From IMG/VR virus record IMGVR_UViG_3300004633_000020, positions 1-35,619 of that record: a stretch of 35,619 nucleotides of DNA, one strand, 5' to 3'. A program made the translations under genes and the position numbers. The notes under the pieces are model-generated. The model was not told the origin of the DNA. It searched no databases and saw only the letters and a program-made list of their open reading frames with translations. The DNA comes from a virus. Taxonomy: Duplodnaviria > Caudoviricetes. Positions 8,511 through 15,033 of this stretch are shown piece by piece. The first letter of the stretch is position 1, and each line of letters starts with the position of its first letter.

Positions 8511-9116
8511 CTATGCACTGGCGTGGTCGGCCTGCGGATTTTCAACCGAGGCCTTCCACTTGCTGATGGTGTACGACAGGTGCGTGAGGCCCTGTCCGGT
8601 GGTCAGGAAGTCGTGCGAATTCTCGGCGTAGCTCCAGCCGTGATCCGTCGTGGGGCGCACGAAGGTCTCGACCTTGATCGCTTCGCCGATGCGACGGACG
8701 AAGTCGACGAAGTCGCGCACGATGCCGTCGCGCTCGCCGATTTTTTCCATCCGGCGGTCGATGGTCGCGATCGTCTTGGCCAGTCGATGCACGTTGTCGC
8801 GGTCGACCTTGAAGACGTCGAAGCGGTACTCGTAATGCCAGATGTTCGCGGTGCCGTTATCCTCGCGCTGCGCGTACGCGTAGATCTCGAAGCCGTTGAG
8901 GAACAAACCGTGATAGTCGCCGGACGAGTCGCTCGGGTTCGTGATCTTGCCGGGGTTCTCGGTCTGCTCGTCGTAGACGCGCGGGTGATTGCCGACGATG
9001 ACCGGGCGCAGGGTGATGCTCCATGCGGCGCGGTTCGTGATGACGTGCTTCTCCGGTACGAGCAGCTCTTTCGGAATCATGAAGCCAACGCGCCACGTCG
9101 ATTTCTTGGTTGCCAT
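8511..9116 (-). CDS. Hypothetical protein
   Basis: 201 aa; high-GC3 codon pattern; purine-rich RBS. Confidence 0.75.
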   Translation of the reverse strand: MATKKSTWRVGFMIPKELLVPEKHVITNRAAWSITLRPVIVGNHPRVYDEQTENPGKITNPSDSSGDYHGLFLNGFEIYAYAQREDNGTANIWHYEYRFDVFKVDRDNVHRLAKTIATIDRRMEKIGERDGIVRDFVDFVRRIGEAIKVETFVRPTTDHGWSYAENSHDFLTTGQGLTHLSYTISKWKASVENPQADHASA

Positions 9117-9135
9117 TGTGGGGTCTCTCTTTCCG

Positions 9136-9408
9136 TTACCAACTGAGGTACGCGCGAATTGCTTTGTAGGTGCAGGCGATGCCGAGCGCTTTGCACGTGC
9201 GTTTGATGCCGCTGCCGTCCTTGTTCGCCGAGCCGGTGATCAGCCCGATGGTCATCTTTTCCGCGAGTGCGTCGGGGGTCGTGCGCCCGGCGGCGTACGC
9301 GTACTCCGGGTCACTCGCGAACAGCTCGCGGTACTGCGCGGTCAACGTCGCCTGAAACGTCTGGGCGTGCGGGCTTTCGAGACGTGCGCTCATTTCCTGT
9401 GAGGTCAT
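9136..9408 (-). CDS. Phage hypothetical protein (NKDG..IKRTCK.LGI..TYKAI..YL)
   Basis: RBS GGGAG; compact helical protein. Confidence 0.75.
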   Translation of the reverse strand: MTSQEMSARLESPHAQTFQATLTAQYRELFASDPEYAYAAGRTTPDALAEKMTIGLITGSANKDGSGIKRTCKALGIACTYKAIRAYLSW

Positions 9409-9418
9409 GTGTCACTCC

Positions 9419-9604
9419 CTATCGATCGAGGCGGGCGCGAATCTCGGCGACGAGTGCCGCCTCACGAAGTTCGTCCGCCGCCTTCGCGACGTGACCGAGC
9501 GCCAACGAGAGGCGCATCGAGTCGTGGTCTTCCGAGGCGCGGCCAAGGCGCGCCAGTAGTGCGCGCGTCTGTCGTTCAAGGGTTCGTAGTCTCTGCGCGG
9601 TCAT
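9419..9604 (-). CDS. Small helical hypothetical protein
   Basis: ATG 9604 preceded by the GGAGGG RBS inside the 46-bp repeat. Confidence 0.6.
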   Translation of the reverse strand: MTAQRLRTLERQTRALLARLGRASEDHDSMRLSLALGHVAKAADELREAALVAEIRARLDR

Positions 9605-9607
9605 TGC

Positions 9608-9653
9608 TGCCCTCCGCTCGGTACTCACTTGCGCGAGTACCGACGCAAGGCAC
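9608..9653 (-). repeat. 46-bp direct repeat, copy 1 (GCAA-tetraloop hairpin plus RBS)
   Basis: Identical to 11723-11768. Confidence 0.9.
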
Positions 9654-9657
9654 CGGC

Positions 9658-9951
9658 CTACGCGCGGTAGAACCGGAGCACCTGACAGGCGGCATAGCCG
9701 CCCTCTTTCACGAGGTTGTCCCAGCCACCGATGCGGCGGAGCCACTCACTGATGCACGAGCTGACGAAGGCGTAATCGCCCTCGAAGTACATCTCCGTGA
9801 GGTCAGCGGCGCACGCGTTGAGCGCGTCGTCAGTGAAGACGTTGCCGTGCTCGCGCGCGAGGGTCGCGAGGCGCTTGGAGAATTCGTCGTACATCTGCCA
9901 GCGGGTACCGTCAGCCTCGGTCGGCAGCGGGGAGCGGAGCTTGGGGTTCAT
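9658..9951 (-). CDS. Hypothetical protein
   Basis: ATGA overlap; AAGGA RBS. Confidence 0.65.
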   Translation of the reverse strand: MNPKLRSPLPTEADGTRWQMYDEFSKRLATLAREHGNVFTDDALNACAADLTEMYFEGDYAFVSSCISEWLRRIGGWDNLVKEGGYAACQVLRFYRA

Positions 9952-10310
9952 CGTTTCGATCCTTTCTTGTTGCGCGCGACGTTCGCGTGATAGTCGGCCT
10001 CTTGGCACTCCGACTTCCCGCACGTGTGATACCCGCGCGGGACTGGGCCCGCGCAGTGCGGGCAGGTCACGGCTTCGACCATGTAGGTGAGGCAGTGCGA
10101 TGTCGAGCCGTCGTCCCACTGCACAGACACGCTGCCGCCGAGGCGCGTGTAGACCGGGTCGGGTTCGATGATGGTGCCGAGGCGCGCCCGTTCGCGGTCA
10201 TAGGCTTTGCGGTACGCGGTGCGGCCCGTCTTCTGGTAATCGTCCCAGTAGCGGCGCGTGGCGTAGTCGGACAGGCGCACGCGCGTACCGGGGGTCAGTG
10301 TGGTTGTCAT
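9948..10310 (-). CDS. SH3-like beta-barrel plus Cys-rich (CPHC...CGKSEC) hypothetical protein
   Basis: PGTRVRL...G.I...V.VQWDDGS pattern; GGAG RBS. Confidence 0.65.
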   Translation of the reverse strand: MTTTLTPGTRVRLSDYATRRYWDDYQKTGRTAYRKAYDRERARLGTIIEPDPVYTRLGGSVSVQWDDGSTSHCLTYMVEAVTCPHCAGPVPRGYHTCGKSECQEADYHANVARNKKGSKR

Positions 10311-10339
10311 TGAGGTCTCCGGATTGTCAGCGCGGATTG

Positions 10340-10606
10340 TCAGCGCGCGACATAGTAGAAGCGGCGCGTCTCATCGGGGAACGTGTTATTGCCCTCGGCG
10401 TCAGTGCGAATACCCGGCGACATTCCCTCAGCAAGCTGGGACGCGTCGTAGTACCCGAAGCCCGCGTACGCATTGCGAGCCATCAAGGCTGCTTCGAGTA
10501 GCGAATTCCACCCTTGCCGGACGTTAGCGCTCACCGTGGATTCGCGGTTGCGGCGGTTCACTTCCTCAACAAGTGCGATAAGCTCGATCGTTCGGCGTCG
10601 TTTCAT
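10340..10606 (-). CDS. Phage hypothetical protein (LE..L....Y.GF.Y...DETRR.Y)
   Basis: ATG 10606 follows GGAGG. Confidence 0.7.
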   Translation of the reverse strand: MKRRRTIELIALVEEVNRRNRESTVSANVRQGWNSLLEAALMARNAYAGFGYYDASQLAEGMSPGIRTDAEGNNTFPDETRRFYYVAR

Positions 10607-10616
10607 GGGGCCTCCG

Positions 10617-10964
10617 TTAGCCAATCTCCTGATCGGCCGAGCCGTTCTGCTCGTGCCACGTTTCGAGATCATCGAAGTGCGCCATGACCGCGTCTTCGAC
10701 GCGCGACGGGTGCTCGGCGAACGAGCGGCGCTTCGGGTTGTGCGTCACGCCAACGCGCAGGTAATCGCGGAAGATGCGGCGCATATCCTCGATAACTTCG
10801 CGGTGTGTGCTGCCGTCGGCGCCGTTCTCGGCCGCGTCGGTGATGCGCTGCATCCGCTCCGGGTCATCGAGCCAGTCGTCGTTGCTGACACCAAAGCGCG
10901 AATTGTCATAGAAGCGCGAGCGCAGGAAGTCGTCGACGATGCGTGCGATGCGCGGGGCTGACAT
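10617..10964 (-). CDS. Hypothetical protein
   Basis: ATG 10964 follows GGAGA. Confidence 0.7.
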   Translation of the reverse strand: MSAPRIARIVDDFLRSRFYDNSRFGVSNDDWLDDPERMQRITDAAENGADGSTHREVIEDMRRIFRDYLRVGVTHNPKRRSFAEHPSRVEDAVMAHFDDLETWHEQNGSADQEIG

Positions 10965-10975
10965 GGGGTCTCCGT

Positions 10976-11323
10976 TCAGAACGTGTAGTCGTGATACGCG
11001 CGGCGGTCGCCGAGGCGAAGCTGATAGCCGTCGCTTTTCCATGCGCCCGACTTCGTCAGCGTGGCGCGGGATTCGGTCGCGTCAGGATTCGGCTCGTACC
11101 GGTATTCCTGCATGTCGCTCATCCCGTTGCTGTCGGTGCGGATGGCGGTGTCCGGTTTCCACCAGAACGTTTTGCCGCTCGGTGAGACGCGCGTAATCGT
11201 GCCTGCCGAGCGGTCGGTCCAGTGCAGGATGGTCACGCCCATGCCCACCGTGGGCGTGGGCTGACCCTTCGTGCCGGACATCAGGTAGTTCGTGAGTGAG
11301 TTGGTGTCGCGCCCGATTTTCAT
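10976..11323 (-). CDS. Phage hypothetical protein (P.VGMG.T...WTDR...TI.RVS)
   Basis: RBS AAGGAG; beta-rich globular sequence. Confidence 0.75.
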   Translation of the reverse strand: MKIGRDTNSLTNYLMSGTKGQPTPTVGMGVTILHWTDRSAGTITRVSPSGKTFWWKPDTAIRTDSNGMSDMQEYRYEPNPDATESRATLTKSGAWKSDGYQLRLGDRRAYHDYTF

Positions 11324-11508
11324 CGCGTCTCCTTATCGTGCTCAGCCAGAAACAGCCGCGTTGACCACGTTTCGTCGTAGCCGGTGGTGAAGTTGTGCGC
11401 GAGCACGCGTTCATTGACCTGTCCAGCGCGGCGGTCGTACGCGTAGGGGTGCAGCCGGTGTCCGGTCTGCCGATGGACGTAGGTTGTTTTGAGCTTCAGG
11501 GTGGTCAT
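11320..11508 (-). CDS. Hypothetical protein
   Basis: GAGG RBS; ATGA-coupled. Confidence 0.6.
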   Translation of the reverse strand: MTTLKLKTTYVHRQTGHRLHPYAYDRRAGQVNERVLAHNFTTGYDETWSTRLFLAEHDKETR

Positions 11509-11515
11509 TGCCGCC

Positions 11516-11719
11516 TCACTTTCCGTAGAAGGACGCGGCGCGCGGGGCCAGCGTCCAATCCGGTTCGAAGCCGCCGTTATCGAGCCAGCTCGCGAGCGCC
11601 TCGCGCAGCTCGGTCAGACGCGCGTAGTGCTCGCGCATCCAGACGTGTCGTGTGCGGCGGTTCCGGTCGTACTGCTTCAGCAGGCGATCCTGCTCTTTCA
11701 AATTGGCGTTGGGGTCCAT
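11516..11719 (-). CDS. Phage hypothetical protein (MDPNA.L...WL..GGF.P.W)
   Basis: First CDS after the long leader; RBS lies within the 46-bp repeat. Confidence 0.7.
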   Translation of the reverse strand: MDPNANLKEQDRLLKQYDRNRRTRHVWMREHYARLTELREALASWLDNGGFEPDWTLAPRAASFYGK

Positions 11720-11722
11720 TCA

Positions 11723-11768
11723 TGCCCTCCGCTCGGTACTCACTTGCGCGAGTACCGACGCAAGGCAC
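11723..11768 (-). repeat. 46-bp direct repeat, copy 2
   Basis: Identical to 9608-9653. Confidence 0.9.
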
Positions 11769-11769
11769 G

Positions 11770-12055
11770 CCCGTAGACGGGCCGTGTTTCGTGTCGTTTC
11801 GGTCTGCGTTGACTTGGCTCCGAGGGTCGTCCCACCGCCGCAGCGGTTCGCTGGTGCTGTCCGGTCCGGCTGTCTCAGTCAGTCGGCCTCGGCACCGGGA
11901 TTCCCCGGAAGGTCTCCGCTATGTAGTTGTCAAAGACCGGCTGTCGGTGTTGCTCCGGCGGGCTTGTCGCTGGCGGTCATCTCGCCGCCTCTCCGGGTCT
12001 CGGCCACTCGACCGAGGGTTGCTTGCCGCTCCCGCCGTTGTTCGTGTCGCGCCTT
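11770..12055 (-). ncRNA. Putative structured leader RNA with boxA-like element
   Basis: ~290 nt with no credible CDS directly after a strong promoter; several hairpins; GGTCTTTGACAACT at 11925-11938. Confidence 0.45.
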
Positions 12056-12095
12056 ACCTAGAGATAAGTATACCTAAAACAAGGTAAGGTGTCAA
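12055..12095 (-). promoter_or_regulatory. Near-consensus sigma70 promoter with tandem 16-bp operators
   Basis: TTGACA-17bp-TATACT; TACCT-AAAACA-AGGTA at 12071-12086 and TACCT-AGAGAT-AAGTA at 12055-12070. Confidence 0.88.
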
Positions 12096-12111
12096 GCCCT
12101 CGAAACCCGGC

Positions 12112-12276
12112 CTATTTCGTGGCGGTTTTGGCCTTGTTCCACCATGCCGACTTGCACTTGGGGCAGATGCGGACTTCGGCGGTCGAGATGCGAGGCACCC
12201 AGCGATGGCCGCAGCGCAAGCATTCCAAGCCTTTGAGATGACGAGTCGTGGTGACGGTAAACGGTTTGAGCTTCAT
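12112..12276 (-). CDS. 54 aa zinc-ribbon protein, not in ORF track
   Basis: MKLKPFTVTTTRHLKGLECLRCGHRWVPRISTAEVRICPKCKSAWWNKAKTATK; RBS GGAGA; two CxxC. Confidence 0.85.
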   Translation of the reverse strand: MKLKPFTVTTTRHLKGLECLRCGHRWVPRISTAEVRICPKCKSAWWNKAKTATK

Positions 12277-12316
12277 AGGTCTCCGTGGGGGGACAGCGAC
12301 AGTGGGTTGCCCGACC

Positions 12317-12346
12317 AGTTTACCGAGTGTTAGGTATACCGGTCAA
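12317..12346 (-). promoter_or_regulatory. Promoter of the zinc-ribbon gene, with a single operator
   Basis: TTGACC-18bp-TAAACT; TACCG-AGTGTT-AGGTA at 12321-12336. Confidence 0.7.
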
Positions 12347-12443
12347 TCGCGAATCGCGGGGCGGGGGGGGGCTGGACAGGCGGAGGGTTTTGTACCTTTT
12401 AGCCTGCGGGTGGGGGCGACGGCCCTAGCATCGAATCCCACCG

Positions 12444-14480
12444 ATGCCCTTTGGGCCCTATTCCGACTTCGCACACTGTGTCCGGGAGAACTCCGACAAG
12501 GACGATCCCGAGGCGTACTGCGCCGCAATCATGCACGCCATCGAGCACGGGATCGATCCGGCCACGCTCGATCTCAAGCGGGTCTGGGCGCCGCTGATTC
12601 TCAAAGCGGTCGACGTCAACGCGCGCAAGATTAAAGGCATCGCGACCACGCCGACGCCGGATCGCGATGGCGACATTGTCGAACCGCTCGGCGCGAGTTT
12701 CCCCGCTGAGCTGCCGCTGCTCCTGCATCATCGCAAGGACACGCCGGTCGGTGTGGCGACCTTCAAGCGGCCGACCAAGCAGGGCATCGAATTCGAAGCC
12801 GAGCTGCCGACCATTCTCGATCCGGGCCCGGTCAAAGACGAAGTCGATCGTGCGTGGGTCTCGATTGTCAACAAATTGATTCGCGGCGTGAGCATCGGGT
12901 TTCGCGTGCTCGACGGCGCGATCGAACCGCTCAAATCGGGCGGCATGCGGTTCCTTAAAACAGAAATTCTCGAGCTGAGTCTCGTGACGGTGCCTGCGAA
13001 TCAAGAGGCGACGCTGTCCGTGATCAAGTCGCTCGATCTGGCCGCGATGGGCCATCGGTCATCTCGGCCCGGCGCTGCGGGCCCTCTTCCTGTTGTTCGC
13101 GCTGAGAAAGCAGCGCCCGCTATGGCGAATACGATTCCTGAACAGATCACCGCGTTCACCAATACGCGTGCCGCGAAGGCGACGCGCATGAACGAGCTGA
13201 TGACCAAAGCCGCCGACAGCGGGGTCACCCTCGACGAGGCGCAGACCGAGGAATACGACACGTTGATGAGTGAAGTGCGGTCGGTGGATGCGCATCTCGT
13301 GCGCTTGCGCGATCTCGAGAAGGCGAACGTCATGATGGCCACGCCCATCACGAAGACGACTGATGCCCTGAGCGCGTCTGAGTTGCGCGGCGGCGTGACC
13401 AGTGTCGTGTCGGTCAAGACGCAGGTTCCGAAGGGCACCGCGTTCACGCGCTTTGTCATGGCGAAGATTGTCGGCAAAAACTCGATCTCTGACGCGATTC
13501 GCTATGTCGAGCAGAACAAGCAGTGGATGGAAGAGACGCCCGATGTCGCGCTCGCGCTCAAGGCGGCGGTCAATCCGGGGACGATCGCGGAACCCGCATG
13601 GGCGGCGCCCCTTGCGATTCAGCGGCCGATGCAGGACGAATTTCTCGAGCTGCTCCGGCCCGAAACGATCATCGGGAAAATTCCCGGCCTCAAACGCGTG
13701 CCGTTCAATATCAGCGTGCCGATTCAGACCGGCGGTGGGACCTACAACTGGGTGGGAGAGCAAGCCCCGAAGCCGGTAGGCCAGCTCCAGTTTCAGAGCG
13801 CCAACCTTGGGATTACCAAGGCGGCAGGCATCATCGTGATCTCGGAGGAACTCGCCAAGATCTCGAATCCGTCGGCGGAAGCGGTCGTGCGCGCGGACAT
13901 GATCGCGGGCATGGCGCAGTACCTCGATCAGCAATTCATCGATCCGACGGTGGCAGCGGTGACCAATGTCTCGCCCGCGTCGATTACCAATGGCGCGAAC
14001 GGCTTCGGCACGGCAGGCACCTCGGGCGACAACGCGCGCACCGATCTGAAGAAAGCCATCGCGCTGATGACGGCGGCGAACTATCCGATTTCGCAGTGCG
14101 TGTTCGTGATGTCGGAGGCGAATGCGTTTGCCCTCTCGACGGCCCTGACGACCAACGGCGTGCCGGTGAACCCGCAGATGTCGGCGAAGGGGGGAACCAT
14201 CTTGGGTGTGCAGGCGGTGACGAGTCAGGTCGCCGCGAACACGGTGGCGCTCGTGCACGCGCCGTCGATTCTGTTTGCGGATGATGGCGGCGTGAACATC
14301 GACGTGAGCCGCGAGGCCACCGTGGAGATGAACACGGTGCCTACGTCGCCGATTACCGCCTCGAGTGTCTATGTCAGTTTGTGGCAGGCGAATCTGATTG
14401 GCCTGCGGGCCGAGCGCTATATCAACTGGAAGCGGGCGCGGACGACGGCGGTCGTCTATACGACTGCGACCTACGTCTAG
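12444..14480 (+). CDS. HK97-family prohead protease-major capsid protein fusion
   Basis: Protease motifs DRDGDIVEP, PLLLHH, GVSIGF, ELSLVTVPAN; coiled-coil delta domain; capsid motifs WVGE..PKP, KAAGIIVISEEL, SLWQ.NLIGLRAERYINW. Confidence 0.95.
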   Translation: MPFGPYSDFAHCVRENSDKDDPEAYCAAIMHAIEHGIDPATLDLKRVWAPLILKAVDVNARKIKGIATTPTPDRDGDIVEPLGASFPAELPLLLHHRKDTPVGVATFKRPTKQGIEFEAELPTILDPGPVKDEVDRAWVSIVNKLIRGVSIGFRVLDGAIEPLKSGGMRFLKTEILELSLVTVPANQEATLSVIKSLDLAAMGHRSSRPGAAGPLPVVRAEKAAPAMANTIPEQITAFTNTRAAKATRMNELMTKAADSGVTLDEAQTEEYDTLMSEVRSVDAHLVRLRDLEKANVMMATPITKTTDALSASELRGGVTSVVSVKTQVPKGTAFTRFVMAKIVGKNSISDAIRYVEQNKQWMEETPDVALALKAAVNPGTIAEPAWAAPLAIQRPMQDEFLELLRPETIIGKIPGLKRVPFNISVPIQTGGGTYNWVGEQAPKPVGQLQFQSANLGITKAAGIIVISEELAKISNPSAEAVVRADMIAGMAQYLDQQFIDPTVAAVTNVSPASITNGANGFGTAGTSGDNARTDLKKAIALMTAANYPISQCVFVMSEANAFALSTALTTNGVPVNPQMSAKGGTILGVQAVTSQVAANTVALVHAPSILFADDGGVNIDVSREATVEMNTVPTSPITASSVYVSLWQANLIGLRAERYINWKRARTTAVVYTTATYV

Positions 14481-14525
14481 CGCGCGGTGAACTCAAGGGG
14501 GATGGTCGGGATCCACCTTCGAGAA

Positions 14526-14559
14526 GCGGGGACGATGTGGTGGGGCCCGTCGTCCCCGC
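14526..14559 (+). terminator. 10-bp GC-rich hairpin after the capsid gene
   Basis: GCGGGGACGA...TCGTCCCCGC; no U-tract, so terminator versus mRNA stabiliser is uncertain. Confidence 0.35.
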
Positions 14560-14571
14560 ACGGTATCGCTC

Positions 14572-15033
14572 ATGGGACATGAACCCTCAGTCTGGATGAA
14601 GGCCAAGCGGTGGCACACCTACAAGGGTCGCTCGATCGAGGAGGGCGATTTCTATCTCGCTGATAGCGATATGGTCGAGACCATCGAGATCATCGGCTAT
14701 GCCCAACGGGACAGTGCGCCGCCGCGTGCGATTCGATCGGCGGCTCCGTCCTCGGACCCGATCGCGGCGACGCCGGGTGTGCTGAGCGCACCACCTGCGC
14801 CGGAGTCGACGCCGGTCCCGATGCACGAGCCGCCGATCGAGGCGCCCCATTCCTATCGGGAACCGGACCCCATCGACGAGGACGACGACGACAGACCGGG
14901 GCCCGTGATGCCGGAGACACCGCCGCCTCCAGCGGTGGCCCCTGCGCCGCCGCCGCCCATGCCGAGACCGACCCGGCCTCCGACGCGCACGCCCCCGTCC
15001 CCGATTGTGCGGAAGGCGCGCCGAGTGCCGTGA
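14572..15033 (+). CDS. Small head-associated protein with Pro-rich tail
   Basis: Lies between capsid and portal; GTGA overlap with the portal gene. Confidence 0.7.
   Translation: MGHEPSVWMKAKRWHTYKGRSIEEGDFYLADSDMVETIEIIGYAQRDSAPPRAIRSAAPSSDPIAATPGVLSAPPAPESTPVPMHEPPIEAPHSYREPDPIDEDDDDRPGPVMPETPPPPAVAPAPPPPMPRPTRPPTRTPPSPIVRKARRVP

Noticed and set aside
6910-9990. Long plus-strand ORFs over the island (e.g. 6910..7743, 8163..9146, 9409..9990)
   Set aside because: Antisense shadows of RBS-bearing, coupled minus-strand genes in high-GC DNA.
10321-10346. 13-bp tandem duplication GGATTGTCAGCGC
   Set aside because: Spans a stop codon and intergenic gap and occurs only once; most likely a slippage or recombination scar.
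5473-12346. Palindromic boxes as att sites or transposon ends
   Set aside because: They lie within -35/-10 promoters upstream of RBS-bearing genes; no integrase or transposase is present in the window.
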